DNA of 64,000 nt, taken from Escherichia phage AV121. The DNA lies in sequence record OR352951.1. The stretch is one strand, 5' to 3'. Shown one piece after another: positions 44,337 through 55,267 of this stretch (the first letter of the stretch is position 1; every line of letters starts with the position of its first letter). The position numbers and the translations under genes were made by a program. The notes below the pieces were generated by a model that saw only the letters and a program-made list of their open reading frames with translations, was not told the DNA's origin and searched no databases.

Positions 44337-46601
44337 TCATAATTTACAGGATGAACAATCTTCAGCTTTTGGAGTTTCTATTTCATAATCATCAGTACCA
44401 GAACCATCGCGGGTATTATGATAATAGAAATTTTTTCCGCCAAAATACCAAAAATACAAAAGGTCATCAATCATTATTGACATTGGAACCTTGCCTTTAG
44501 GGAAGATTTGGGGGTCATAGTATGTATTCGCCGAAGCTGATTGACAAACCCATTTCAGCATAATAGCTACCTGCGTAAGATAAGGTTTATTACCTTTCTT
44601 AGCTAATTTCCATGTATAGTCGTAAAGGTCTATGTTATGCTCAATATTGGGCACGACTTGATTAAAGGAGCCCTCTTTTGATTCTTTAACAGAGACTGGT
44701 CCACGTGGAGGCTCGATACCGTTTGTACTGTTAGAAACTTGGGAAGATGACTCACATGGCATAAGTGCTGATAATGTGCTATTACGGATGCCAAAGAGCT
44801 TAAGGTCTTCCCGCAGCGCCGACCAGTCACAAACGTATTTTGGAGCTGCGATTTGGTCAATCTTTTTATTGTACCAGTCGATAGGTAATTCGCCTCGAGA
44901 CCAACGAGTGTCTGAATAATATTCGCAAGGTCCTTTTTCTTTGGCGAGCTTAATGGATGCTTTAATGAGTCCATACTGTAATCTCTCAAATAGTTCATGT
45001 GTTAAATCATTAGCATCTTCATAAGAAGCAAAGTTACTTGCCAGCCAAGCTGCATAGTTGGTAACACCTACACCGAGGTTACGACGCTTTTTAGCTTTTT
45101 CTGCTTCAGGAACTGGATATCCTTGGTAATCCAACAGATTATCAAGAGCACGAACTTGAACTTCTGCCAATTCATTAATTTTATCTTGGTCTTGCCAGTC
45201 AAAATTATCTAGTACGAATGCAGAGAGAGTACACAATCCAATTTCAGCATCAGGACTATTCACATCATTTGTTGGAATAGCAATTTCACAGCACAAGTTA
45301 CTCTGACGAATAGGTGCCTTTTCACGAATAAACGGAGTATAGTTATTCGTATTATCAATGAACTGTACATAAATTCTTGCTGTTCCTGAGCGTTCAGTCA
45401 TGAGCAATTCAAATAGTTCACGGGCTTTAATACGCTTTTTACGAATATTAGGGTCTTTTTCTGCTGCTTCGTATAATTCACGGAAACGGTCTTGGTCTTT
45501 AAAATAAGAATAATAAAGCTCTCCGCCCATTTCATGGGGACTGAACAAAGTAATGTAATCGTTCTTTCCAAAACGTTCCATCATCAAATCATTCAGTTGA
45601 ACACCATAATCCATATGACGAATGCGGTTTTCTTCTACGCCTTTGTTATTTTTCAAAACAAGAAGATTTTCAACTTCCAAATGCCAAATAGGATAATAAG
45701 CAGTAGCAGCGCCGCCACGAATTCCACCCTGTGAGCATGATTTAACAGCAGTCTGAAAATGTTTCCAAAAAGGAATAACACCAGTATGGCGTACTTCACC
45801 CATGCCAATCTTAGAACCTTCAGCACGAATCATACCAACGTTAATACCAATTCCAGCGCGTTTAGAGATATATTCAACAATTGAAGCAGAAGCCTTATTG
45901 ATAGACTTCAGTGAATCGCCTGCCTCAATAACAACGCATGAACTAAACTGCCGAGTTGGAGTACGGCAACCAGCCATAATAGGAGTTGGTAATGAAATCT
46001 GTCGAGTAGATACCGCTTCATAAAAACGGATAACATGTTTTAATCTATCAACAGGTTCATCTTGATGCAAGGCCATTCCAATAGTCATAAATGCAAACTG
46101 TGGAGTTTCATAAATTTGACCAGTGGTTTTATCTTTAACTAGATATTTTTCTTTTAATTGCATCGCCCCGGAATAAGTAAATTCCATATCCCGTTCGTGC
46201 TTAATTTTTGATTCTAAAAATGTAATTTCTTCTGCTGAATATTTTGACAACAGTTCAGGGTCGTATTTACCTTCATTTACACAGTAAGAAATATGGTCAA
46301 TAAATGAACGCGGTTCATACTGCCCATAAACATGCTTACGAAGAGCGAACATTAGACAACGTGCAGCTACATATTGATAATCAGGCTCTTCGACCGAAAT
46401 AGAATTCGCAGCGGCCTTAATGACAATAGTCTGAATATCATCAGTTGTCATTCCATCACGGAGATAAGATTTAATATTTTCATATAATTCATAAGGATCT
46501 ACTGATGTTCCCTCAGATGCCCAAGATAAAACTTTAATAATTTTTTGCGGGTCAAAGCTCTGAGAAACACCACTACTTTTGATAACATTAATTAATTGCA
46601 T
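44337..46601 (-). CDS. nrdA: ribonucleotide reductase large subunit NrdA
   Basis: 754-aa ORF, same length as T4 NrdA; ATP-cone N-terminus and catalytic Cys motifs. Confidence 0.95.
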   Translation of the reverse strand: MQLINVIKSSGVSQSFDPQKIIKVLSWASEGTSVDPYELYENIKSYLRDGMTTDDIQTIVIKAAANSISVEEPDYQYVAARCLMFALRKHVYGQYEPRSFIDHISYCVNEGKYDPELLSKYSAEEITFLESKIKHERDMEFTYSGAMQLKEKYLVKDKTTGQIYETPQFAFMTIGMALHQDEPVDRLKHVIRFYEAVSTRQISLPTPIMAGCRTPTRQFSSCVVIEAGDSLKSINKASASIVEYISKRAGIGINVGMIRAEGSKIGMGEVRHTGVIPFWKHFQTAVKSCSQGGIRGGAATAYYPIWHLEVENLLVLKNNKGVEENRIRHMDYGVQLNDLMMERFGKNDYITLFSPHEMGGELYYSYFKDQDRFRELYEAAEKDPNIRKKRIKARELFELLMTERSGTARIYVQFIDNTNNYTPFIREKAPIRQSNLCCEIAIPTNDVNSPDAEIGLCTLSAFVLDNFDWQDQDKINELAEVQVRALDNLLDYQGYPVPEAEKAKKRRNLGVGVTNYAAWLASNFASYEDANDLTHELFERLQYGLIKASIKLAKEKGPCEYYSDTRWSRGELPIDWYNKKIDQIAAPKYVCDWSALREDLKLFGIRNSTLSALMPCESSSQVSNSTNGIEPPRGPVSVKESKEGSFNQVVPNIEHNIDLYDYTWKLAKKGNKPYLTQVAIMLKWVCQSASANTYYDPQIFPKGKVPMSIMIDDLLYFWYFGGKNFYYHNTRDGSGTDDYEIETPKAEDCSSCKL

Positions 46602-46918
46602 AAGTCCTCAACTTGAAAATCGTCTTTAAACAGTCGGTTAACTATATGAGCTATTATATCACCATGACACGGCTTTGGTTTACATGTGCATCCTAGCCTC
46701 ATTCCACGTAAAGGCTCTAAATGTGCTTTAGTTATTTCTCCGGATTTAATTCGACGTATAAAATCTTTTTTGAATAATTCAATGGCAGCCTCCCGGCTGC
46801 CAGCATCTTTACCGACGTAATTTCCCCAAAATGTACCACGGTGAATATTAACATCAAAGTCGGATTTGTATTTATTCACTACCCGACATAGACGGCCCGC
46901 GCGGTGATAATTCGGCAT
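46592..46918 (-). CDS. hypothetical protein with Cys/His motif ([12 protein letters not shown])
   Basis: 108-aa ORF, ATG checked; overlaps nrdA start by 10 nt. Confidence 0.55.
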   Translation of the reverse strand: MPNYHRAGRLCRVVNKYKSDFDVNIHRGTFWGNYVGKDAGSREAAIELFKKDFIRRIKSGEITKAHLEPLRGMRLGCTCKPKPCHGDIIAHIVNRLFKDDFQVEDLCN

Positions 46919-47135
46919 ATTGTTTTTCCGTTAAAACAGTAATATCGTAGTAACAGTCAGAAGAAGTTTTAACTGTGGAAATTTTATTATCAAAATACTC
47001 ACGAGTCATTTTATGAGTATAATATTTTTTGCCATAAATGATAATAGGCTGATTTGGTCCTGGAACTTCTAGCTCACTTGGATTAGGAAGTGTAAAAAGA
47101 ACTACACCAGAAGTATCTTTAAATCGTAAAATCAT
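46872..47135 (-). CDS. hypothetical protein
   Basis: 87-aa ORF, ATG checked. Confidence 0.5.
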   Translation of the reverse strand: MILRFKDTSGVVLFTLPNPSELEVPGPNQPIIIYGKKYYTHKMTREYFDNKISTVKTSSDCYYDITVLTEKQYAELSPRGPSMSGSE

Positions 47136-47158
47136 AAATCCTCACAATTAAATTAAAA

Positions 47159-47470
47159 TTACACCGCCATTTTTCCTTTCAAGACGCCGTGGGACTGATA
47201 ATCTTTGAGAACGAAATCTTTAGGCCTGAGTTTAAGAATGTATTCCAATTGTTCTTTAGTAGAAAGATAGCGGAATTTATAAGGCAATCCGCCTATTACC
47301 AGTTCACAAAGCTCTTTAGGTTCACGACGCAAAATTTCTTTACATTGTTCTACGTGATTCATATAGATATGAGTATTACCACCGGAAAATATCAAATCTC
47401 CTGGGATAAGATTACACATCTTAGCTACAATATGAACTAACGTAGCATATGATGCAATATTAAATGGAAG
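47159..47470 (-). CDS. td: thymidylate synthase, exon 2
   Basis: C-terminal TS segment; exon begins right after the intron-terminal G (the track ATG is the intron AUG); exons total 286 codons as in T4 TS. Confidence 0.9.
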   Translation of the reverse strand, partial: LPFNIASYATLVHIVAKMCNLIPGDLIFSGGNTHIYMNHVEQCKEILRREPKELCELVIGGLPYKFRYLSTKEQLEYILKLRPKDFVLKDYQSHGVLKGKMAV

Positions 47471-48486
47471 CATTATGTTCAGATAAGGTCGTTAATCTTA
47501 CCCCGGAATTATATCCAGCTGCATGTCACCATGCAGATCAGACTATATCTCCAACTTGTTAAAGCAAGTTGTCTATCGTTTCGAGTCACTTGACCCTACT
47601 CCCCAAAGGGATAGTCGTTAGGCATTTATGTAGAACCAATTCCATTTATCAGATTTTACACGATAAGTAACTAATCCAGACGAAATTTTAAAATGTCTAG
47701 CTGCATCTGCTGCACAATCAAAAATAACCCCATCACATGAAATCTTTTTAATATTACTAGGCTTTTTACCTTTCATCTTTTCTGATATTTTAGATTTAGT
47801 TATGTCTGAATGCTTATGATTAAAGAATGAATTATTTTCACCTGAACGATTTCTGCATTTACTACAAGTATAAGCAGAAGTTTGTATGCGAACACCGCAC
47901 TTACAAAACTTATGGGTTTCTGGATTCCAACGCCCGTTTTTACTTCCGGGTTTACTGTAAAGAGCTTTCCGACCATCAGGTCCAAGTTTAAGCATCTTAG
48001 CTTTAACAGTTTCAGAACGTTTCTTAATAATTTCTTCTTTTAATGGATGCGTAGAACATGTATCACCAAACGTTGCGTCAGCAATATTGTATCCATTAAT
48101 TTTAGAATTAAGCTCTTTAATCCAAAAATTTTCTCGTTCAATAATCAAATCTTTCTCATATGGAATTTCTTCCAAAATAGAACATTCAAACACATTACCA
48201 TGTTTGTTAAAAGACCTCTGAAGCTTTATAGAAGAATGGCATCCTTTTTCTAAATCTTTAAAATGCCTCTTCCATCTCTTTTCAAAATCTTTAGCACTTC
48301 CTACATATACTTTATTGTTTAAAGTATTTTTAATCTGATAAATTCCGCTTTTCATAAATACCTCTTTAAATATAGAAGTATTTATTAAAGGGCAGTCCTA
48401 CAATTTAGCACGGGATTGTCTACTAGAGAGGTTCCCCGTTTAGATAGATTACAAGTATAAGTCACCTTATACTCAGGCCTCAATTA
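47471..48486 (-). mobile_element. td group I self-splicing intron carrying I-TevI
   Basis: Exon 1 ends ...UUGGGU, intron begins UAAUUGAGGCCUGAGUAUAAGGUGAC and ends ...GAACAUAAUG; length 1016 nt, equal to the T4 td intron as recalled. Confidence 0.9.
47618..48355 (-). CDS. I-TevI: I-TevI GIY-YIG homing endonuclease (intron-encoded)
   Basis: 245-aa ORF beginning MKSGIYQIKNTLNNKVYVGSAKDFEKRWKRH; GIY-YIG module plus C-terminal Zn finger/HTH; inside td intron. Confidence 0.9.
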   Translation of the reverse strand: MKSGIYQIKNTLNNKVYVGSAKDFEKRWKRHFKDLEKGCHSSIKLQRSFNKHGNVFECSILEEIPYEKDLIIERENFWIKELNSKINGYNIADATFGDTCSTHPLKEEIIKKRSETVKAKMLKLGPDGRKALYSKPGSKNGRWNPETHKFCKCGVRIQTSAYTCSKCRNRSGENNSFFNHKHSDITKSKISEKMKGKKPSNIKKISCDGVIFDCAADAARHFKISSGLVTYRVKSDKWNWFYINA

Positions 48487-49035
48487 ACCCAAGAAAACAT
48501 CTACTGATCGTTGATACCACTGCAAATCCAAATAGCCATTACGCACATTAAACTGATAGAACATATGACAGGGCGGTAATGCCATTTGATTGATTTCAGC
48601 TGGATTCCATGCTGAAACGATTTGACGTCGATCAGTTGGTAATTTTTTAATACGATCAATAGTTTCAACTAATTGATCCACACCGCCGAAATCACGCCAT
48701 TGTTTACCGTATATAGGACCAAGTTCACCACTATGATATCCTAGGTCTTTAGCCTGGTTTTCATAGTTATCGTCCCAAATAGTTTTACCTTGAATAAGAC
48801 TACCATGTGTGCGAAGACGTAAATCATTAACATTGGTAGAACCGGAAATAAACCATAGAAGCTCAGCAATGCATGCATTCCACGCAAGCTTCTTAGTTGT
48901 TACCGCAGGAAAACCTTTAGTTAAATCCCAACGTAATTTAGTACCGAACAAAGCAATTGTTCCTGTGCCTGTTCGGTCATCGGTTTCATAGCCATTTTCA
49001 AAAATGTCTTTAATTAAATCTTGGTATTGTTTCAT
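48487..49035 (-). CDS. td: thymidylate synthase, exon 1
   Basis: 183 codons with TS active-site region (ALPPCH.F.QF); ends ...SVDVFLG at the 5' splice site. Confidence 0.9.
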
Positions 49036-49080
49036 TTAGTACCTTATATAAATTATAATACATTTTATGAAGCTAAATAA

Positions 49081-49428
49081 TCAATACGGTTTAGCATCAA
49101 ATTTTCTCTCAATTTCAGGCGTGAAATATAATTCTTTACCGCGTTTGGAAAAGCGACCAATAATATGATAATTATTCTCATCAAACGTGATATTACCAAT
49201 ATCCATAGCTTTCAACCAAATATCGATATTTCTATCCAGCTTTATGTCAAAATTCCAATACGGAGAACTATTACCGAAAATACTGCAAGCGGATTCAGTG
49301 AAACAACTGCTATAAATCTTGTCTTTAGGAACTACTAATTGATAGACACCTTTAATAAACTGAGGACCCTGCCACTTTGGCTGTTTCGCGTCTTTTTCTA
49401 ATAGAATAGGGTAATAATTAAAATTCAT
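49081..49428 (-). CDS. hypothetical protein encoded by an insertion between frd and td
   Basis: Track ORF 119 aa from GTG 49440; first ATG at 49428 gives 115 aa (MNFNYYPILLEKDAKQ...); occupies a ~410-bp gap where T4 frd and td overlap. Confidence 0.5.
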   Translation of the reverse strand: MNFNYYPILLEKDAKQPKWQGPQFIKGVYQLVVPKDKIYSSCFTESACSIFGNSSPYWNFDIKLDRNIDIWLKAMDIGNITFDENNYHIIGRFSKRGKELYFTPEIERKFDAKPY

Positions 49429-49448
49429 ATTTTCCGCCACGCGTTATT

Positions 49449-50275
<827 letters not shown>

Positions 50276-50286
50276 ATCATCTCCAA

Positions 50287-50619
50287 TTAAAAAGGATCAG
50301 GAACGTATCCGCTAGCTTTAATCATTTTAATTAACGTTAACATTCCTTTGTTAACTGCTCGTGAGATTTCATCAAAAGCTTCAGGATTAAAAAGTTCTAA
50401 CACGCCCTTCTGAACTTTTAATTTACAGCCAACAATTTCTTCATCGCCTATAGTAAATTCATTACCACCAATTCCTCCGAAAAACTTAATTACACCAGTT
50501 AACTGTCTTCCACGAGAATATGGGTCGTGTGATAAATTAATATGAGTCACCCCGGGTACAGTTTTAAATTGGCAGCGAATGTTTACTTGGGAAATTCCAG
50601 TTACATGAATATCAGACAT
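50287..50619 (-). CDS. hypothetical protein (frd-32 interval)
   Basis: 110-aa ORF, ATG checked. Confidence 0.5.
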   Translation of the reverse strand: MSDIHVTGISQVNIRCQFKTVPGVTHINLSHDPYSRGRQLTGVIKFFGGIGGNEFTIGDEEIVGCKLKVQKGVLELFNPEAFDEISRAVNKGMLTLIKMIKASGYVPDPF

Positions 50620-50629
50620 AATATTTTCC

Positions 50630-50872
50630 TCAAACAGACTTTTTCACAATTTTCCAATCAGCTTTAAACTGTTCAACGTCAGAATGGTAAATCCAGAATC
50701 CTGCGCTTTCTCCATCCTCATAAAGAGGGCATCCATCACATTCATCTTCCCATCCCATATCACGCAAAAGACGTTCAGCTTTTTCAACAAGTTCAGAATC
50801 TTTACCAATAATATTAAAATACCATTTACCTCTAACTTCTGAATCTTTGATACTCTGACGTTGTAATCTCAT
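50630..50872 (-). CDS. hypothetical protein (frd-32 interval)
   Basis: Track starts at TTG 50929; ATG at 50872 has a strong AAGGAG RBS and gives 80 aa; GTTTAC-type promoter-like element plus hairpin upstream. Confidence 0.5.
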   Translation of the reverse strand: MRLQRQSIKDSEVRGKWYFNIIGKDSELVEKAERLLRDMGWEDECDGCPLYEDGESAGFWIYHSDVEQFKADWKIVKKSV

Positions 50873-50929
50873 TTTATTCTCCTTAGTTGATAAGGCTATA
50901 GTATCACTACCATAGCCTGTTGTAAACAA

Positions 50930-51223
50930 TTATTTTTGAATTTTATCGAGCCACTTACCAAGCTTAATCATTTCTTTAGTAGCCTTTTCCATACTTCTGA
51001 ACTTAACCAATAGAGGATAGGTATCGACACCCATAACTAAACTGGTTACAAGACTGTGTTCACCCACAAGCCATAACGAATACGTTTGAATATCGAGCCC
51101 GTAATTTCTGTCTTTGTGGACCCGTACACCCATCACTTCAAATTTCTCACTAGCTTTTTCTACCGCATTCAGGAAATCATCTTTAGTCATATTAGGCCTT
51201 AAAAGTTTTTCGCAAAAGTTCAA
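50930..51223 (-). CDS. hypothetical protein (frd-32 interval)
   Basis: 97-aa track ORF with TTG start; first ATG at 51190 would give 86 aa; start uncertain. Confidence 0.45.
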   Translation of the reverse strand: MNFCEKLLRPNMTKDDFLNAVEKASEKFEVMGVRVHKDRNYGLDIQTYSLWLVGEHSLVTSLVMGVDTYPLLVKFRSMEKATKEMIKLGKWLDKIQK

Positions 51224-51572
51224 TGATTTCGTCTACATTGTTTTCATCTACAATGCAGTGAATTTTTGTTACGCCAGAAACCTTGTCTTTGACTTCATCT
51301 TTTTCAGAAGTCGGTTCTTTATACTCACGAAAACAATGAAATTCGTCTTCGCAAATTTCTAAAAGTCTATCTTTGAGGTAAAAATGCTTTCCATTTGCGC
51401 ATTCAATGTGTTTTACTGCTTTATATCCGTTAGCGACGGAAACTTCTTTAACTTCAAACCATCCGCCATTATCTCGAATGGCTTTAACTATTGATGAATT
51501 AGAACGTGGGCTATAATTAATAAATGTATCAATAAGTCTTGGAACAAGTTCATACTTTTTACCAGTATACAT
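51192..51572 (-). CDS. hypothetical protein (frd-32 interval)
   Basis: 126-aa ORF, ATG checked. Confidence 0.5.
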   Translation of the reverse strand: MYTGKKYELVPRLIDTFINYSPRSNSSIVKAIRDNGGWFEVKEVSVANGYKAVKHIECANGKHFYLKDRLLEICEDEFHCFREYKEPTSEKDEVKDKVSGVTKIHCIVDENNVDEIIELLRKTFKA

Positions 51573-51616
51573 TACGGTTTCCTCATTTTGATAGGGGCTT
51601 GATAGCCCCTTGATAA

Positions 51617-51847
51617 TTATTGTTCAATCAGTCCCATGTAAAATTCTGCGTCTTCAGAATCCATGCCATCACAATATTCATTAGCCATAAAGCGGGTGAG
51701 GTCTTCAAGAGGACCTTCAATGACAATAGAAAAATTGCAATAATTGGGATCATCGTGAATACTTGTGATGCTAAGTTCAGGATAACGATTACGAATAATC
51801 TCTTCAATATATTCAAAATCAACGATGTCAATATCAACTTTAGCCAT
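51617..51847 (-). CDS. hypothetical small acidic protein (frd-32 interval)
   Basis: Internal ATG at 51847 with AGAGGAAA RBS gives 76 aa; the track 5' extension would run through the gene 32 terminator hairpin. Confidence 0.5.
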   Translation of the reverse strand: MAKVDIDIVDFEYIEEIIRNRYPELSITSIHDDPNYCNFSIVIEGPLEDLTRFMANEYCDGMDSEDAEFYMGLIEQ

Positions 51848-51952
51848 ATTATTTTCCTCTTTAATCATCAGCAGTATTGCCGATAGTTGTATAGTACCAT
51901 GGAAGGACAAGGATGTAAACAGCTTTGTGAAAAAATTTTTGAAATAAAAAAA

Positions 51953-51971
51953 GGGGACCTCTAGGGTCCCC
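51953..51971 (-). terminator. rho-independent terminator after gene 32
   Basis: GGGGACC-tctag-GGTCCCC preceded on the plus strand by an A-run (U-run on the minus transcript). Confidence 0.7.
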
Positions 51972-51993
51972 AATTAATTAGTAATATAATCTG

Positions 51994-52902
51994 TTAAAGG
52001 TCATTCAAAAGGTCATCCAGGTCCGTGTCATCAGCACTAGATGAACTGTCAGAGCTTGAGCTCATAAAATCATCTTCAGTTTTTGTTTTGAAGTCATCAA
52101 CATTGAATGCATCCAAATCGTCAGCAACTTTATCAGCTTTCTTAGCGGCAGTTGCTGCGGCACCGCCCATCACAGCAGTTCCCATAACTTGACCGAATTT
52201 AGTATTCAGTTCTTCAAATGATTTGAATTTATCTTTAGAAGTCATTTCAGAAAGGTCAACCATTTGTTCGAACAGTTCTTTCTGGAAAGATTCATCATCA
52301 ATGTTTGGAATCGCAGATTGATTCAGGAATTTAGATTCGTCGTAGTTACTAAATCCAGAAACTTGTTTAACTTTCAGTACAAAGTTAGCACCTTCCCACG
52401 GACAAGTTACATCAACAGGAGTTTCACCCATTTCAACATCAACCGCAATCATTGCATTGATTTTATCCCAGATTTTCTTACCGAAACGGTATTTAAATAC
52501 TTTACCTTCGTTTTCTGGAGCAGCTGGGTCTTTTACTACAAGAATGTTAGCCCAGTAAGAAGTTTTACGTTTAACAAGACTGTACTCTTTATTGTCAGTG
52601 TTGTACAGATCATTTTTACTAATGTATTGACATACTGGGCAAGAATCGTAATCACCGTGGGTAGATGAACACGTTTCAATATACCATTTGCCATTTTTCT
52701 TGAAACCGTGATTTACAAGAATTGCAAATGGTGCTTGTTCATCATTTTTAGACGGAAGAAAACGAATTACTGCTTGACCGTTACCCGCATTATCGAGTTT
52801 CAGTTTCCACTCGCCTTTATCTTCAGAAGAAAAACCACCTTTATTTCCAGCCAGTTTAGCCATTTGTGCAGCGAGTTCAGCAGTAGATTTACGTTTAAAC
52901 AT
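51994..52902 (-). CDS. 32: single-stranded DNA-binding protein gp32
   Basis: 302-aa ORF (T4 gp32 about 301 aa); acidic Ser/Asp-rich C-terminus; Zn-binding Cys/His cluster. Confidence 0.95.
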   Translation of the reverse strand: MFKRKSTAELAAQMAKLAGNKGGFSSEDKGEWKLKLDNAGNGQAVIRFLPSKNDEQAPFAILVNHGFKKNGKWYIETCSSTHGDYDSCPVCQYISKNDLYNTDNKEYSLVKRKTSYWANILVVKDPAAPENEGKVFKYRFGKKIWDKINAMIAVDVEMGETPVDVTCPWEGANFVLKVKQVSGFSNYDESKFLNQSAIPNIDDESFQKELFEQMVDLSEMTSKDKFKSFEELNTKFGQVMGTAVMGGAAATAAKKADKVADDLDAFNVDDFKTKTEDDFMSSSSDSSSSADDTDLDDLLNDL

Positions 52903-52990
52903 TTTTATTTCCTTTTTAATTTAATTAACAGTTGGTGCTATGACGATGTATGACCTCATAGCTGGTCAATGAGATAATTATAATCTATTT
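52903..52990 (-). promoter_or_regulatory. gene 32 5' leader / autoregulatory translational operator region
   Basis: A/U-rich tract (UUAAAUUAAAAAGGAAAUAAAA) just 5' of the gene 32 AUG, preceded by a GC-containing segment that could form the known pseudoknot; function asserted from T4 knowledge, fold not computed. Confidence 0.5.
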
Positions 52991-53001
52991 ATAATAAGCA
53001 A

Positions 53002-53655
53002 TTAATACTTACAAGATTTCACAGTTTCAATGAAAACATTTTTAGCTTTCTGTGAATCAATATTTAAAATTTTTCTATAAGCCTTTAACTTTATAGAATA
53101 ATTATTCCAGACTAAATTATCAGTCTGTTCATCATGTTTATCAATTATATTTAAAAATGAATCAAGCAAGATAAACGTCTCAAACGAAATTATGTTCGAT
53201 TGCAGAAGTTTAAAAATATAACTTGACTGAACCTTTGGATTATATTCAAAGATTTCTTTAAAAGCAGAAACTTCAACTTTTTTACTAAAATAGTAAATAT
53301 TGCGAATATCTTCTTCAAACTTAAACTTAATTTGCTTTAAGCGTCCGATATATTCACGATAAAACACAAGTGCATCAGCGTCAGAGATGTCACCAATCCA
53401 AGCATCTTGGTTAGCAACCAAATTACTTATAAAGATTAAAGCAAGTTCCTTTAATTTATATTTTTCTGATAACTTCTGGAAAAAATACTTATCCCTTCGC
53501 TTTTGATAAGCGGCATCAGACACCCGCATGCACCAATTATACTTAATTACATCATACTTTCCATTCATATGCTGTTTTATCATTAAGTATAATTTATAAA
53601 CTGATTTACCATCAATGTATCTTTCACCACCAGCAGGCATGCGGAGTTTAATCAT
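53002..53655 (-). CDS. 59: helicase loader gp59
   Basis: 217-aa ORF, same length as T4 gp59; directly upstream of gene 32. Confidence 0.9.
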   Translation of the reverse strand: MIKLRMPAGGERYIDGKSVYKLYLMIKQHMNGKYDVIKYNWCMRVSDAAYQKRRDKYFFQKLSEKYKLKELALIFISNLVANQDAWIGDISDADALVFYREYIGRLKQIKFKFEEDIRNIYYFSKKVEVSAFKEIFEYNPKVQSSYIFKLLQSNIISFETFILLDSFLNIIDKHDEQTDNLVWNNYSIKLKAYRKILNIDSQKAKNVFIETVKSCKY

Positions 53656-53990
53656 AGCAGAAAATCTAATGTATTAGTTTTTTCACAACGAACAACAGAA
53701 GGACGTAAAAGATTTTCGTCAATAGCTTCTGACTGAATTTTTTCAATTATACCCGAAGGAATAAATTTAGCAAATTGAGTTTCAGGAATAGAGTTTTCTT
53801 CTAAGAATGCTGTTGTAGCTTCAAGATAACTCATTCCAAACTCTTCTACCATTTTTTCAATAATAAATCCATTTTCTTGACGATCAAGAAGCTTTGCTAT
53901 TTCATCCTTTTCTTTCTTGATTGAAAGTTCTTTTTCTGAAAGACCGGTCTCATCGACCGGACGAATGTCATTTAGAGAAAACTGTGTCAT
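53652..53990 (-). CDS. 33: late transcription co-activator gp33
   Basis: Track starts at TTG 53999; ATG at 53990 gives about 112 aa (T4 gp33 length as recalled). Confidence 0.8.
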   Translation of the reverse strand: MTQFSLNDIRPVDETGLSEKELSIKKEKDEIAKLLDRQENGFIIEKMVEEFGMSYLEATTAFLEENSIPETQFAKFIPSGIIEKIQSEAIDENLLRPSVVRCEKTNTLDFLL

Positions 53991-54237
53991 AAAGTTCAAC
54001 TACCTCTTCAGTTTCAGCTTCAAACACATCACGGTTATCTTTATGATACAAAGCTAATAGACGATTAAACATCTTACCATCAACGCCAAGTTCATCTTTG
54101 GCACGAATTCGAATATCTTTAATCAGTTCATTATAACCGGAAATTTTCAGTTTATGATCAGATGCTTCTTTAATAAATTTAGCCAAGTCTTCGCCATGGA
54201 TAGCTTCATCAAATTCAACCATTTCTTTTTTAGCCAT
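53968..54237 (-). CDS. dsbA: DsbA, dsDNA-binding late transcription enhancer
   Basis: 89-aa ORF, same length as T4 DsbA; between rnh and 33. Confidence 0.8.
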   Translation of the reverse strand: MAKKEMVEFDEAIHGEDLAKFIKEASDHKLKISGYNELIKDIRIRAKDELGVDGKMFNRLLALYHKDNRDVFEAETEEVVELYDTVFSK

Positions 54238-54245
54238 TATTCACC

Positions 54246-55163
54246 TCAAAATTCATTAATGCTATTAGTTAATTTAGAAAGACCCGCTTTTACAAAATAT
54301 GAATAAATTTTGCCACGCGGTGGTAATTTATATGAATTATAGTAATTCACAATGTTTGAAGCAATATTATCAGGAATATAATCAAAATCAATTAGAACTA
54401 AATTTTCTTTATAACGATTATATTCAGATTCTGTGAGAAGCACCTTAGCTTGCTCACGGTCATTAGCAATAGCTTCAACGATTGAAGTTTTCATTGAAGG
54501 GGTTCGTTCACCTTCAACTCTGGTAAACCAAAAGTCAGATCGTACTTTAACTGAAGCAACGTTATCCTTTTTGTCGCCTTTAAGGATTTTAGTCATACAG
54601 TCAATTTCAGCAGAACCGCTTTTAATTTTAACCCATTTCTTATGCATCGGTGACCATTGCTTAACATTTGGATATTTGTGAAGCTGTGTAAAGTCACCGT
54701 CCGATGAAATGATTAAAATCTTATGTCCTTCTAAAGAGAACTTTTTAACAAGAACAGCAATGTGGTCATCTGCTTCATACTTATCAATATCCATAACAAT
54801 GTATGGCATATAAGCTTTCAATTCATCTATAACTTTATGACTGGATTCAAAATAACCTTCCCAGTCCCAAGTAGATTCTTCTCGTGCTTTTCCACGGTTT
54901 TTCTTGTAATAGTAAGCGAAATCACGACGCCAGTATCCAGATTTCGCGTTATCAATACATAGTACAATTTTAGTGTATCCAAGCGTTTTTGCTTTTTTGA
55001 CATTAAACTTAATTGAGTTCAATATCAAATGACGAACCATCGATAAATTAATTTTTTCTTTATCTGGGAAGTTTACCAGAGCAGTTGAAAGAGCAATTTG
55101 ACTAAAGTCAATAAAGCAAATTCCTTCTTTGTAATCTTCATCCAGCATCATTTCTAAATCCAT
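54246..55163 (-). CDS. rnh: RNase H (5'-3' exonuclease / flap endonuclease)
   Basis: Track starts at TTG 55178; ATG at 55163 after a GAGG RBS gives 305 aa (T4 RNase H length as recalled). Confidence 0.9.
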   Translation of the reverse strand: MDLEMMLDEDYKEGICFIDFSQIALSTALVNFPDKEKINLSMVRHLILNSIKFNVKKAKTLGYTKIVLCIDNAKSGYWRRDFAYYYKKNRGKAREESTWDWEGYFESSHKVIDELKAYMPYIVMDIDKYEADDHIAVLVKKFSLEGHKILIISSDGDFTQLHKYPNVKQWSPMHKKWVKIKSGSAEIDCMTKILKGDKKDNVASVKVRSDFWFTRVEGERTPSMKTSIVEAIANDREQAKVLLTESEYNRYKENLVLIDFDYIPDNIASNIVNYYNSYKLPPRGKIYSYFVKAGLSKLTNSINEF

Positions 55164-55225
55164 ATGAACCTCGTTCAATTAGTGAGATTTCTATTATATA
55201 CTATCTAAATCTTAAAGTAAACAGG

Positions 55226-55233
55226 TATAAATA
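55226..55233 (+). promoter_or_regulatory. late promoter box TATAAATA (gene 34)
   Basis: Exact TATAAATA 34 nt upstream of gene 34 ATG in the rnh/34 divergent intergenic region. Confidence 0.7.
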
Positions 55234-55267
55234 CTTATTATTGAAAACACAATAGGAGCCCGGGAGA

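Noticed and set aside
44630-44998. 122-aa minus-strand ORF within nrdA
   Set aside because: Alternative frame entirely inside the well-supported nrdA coding sequence.
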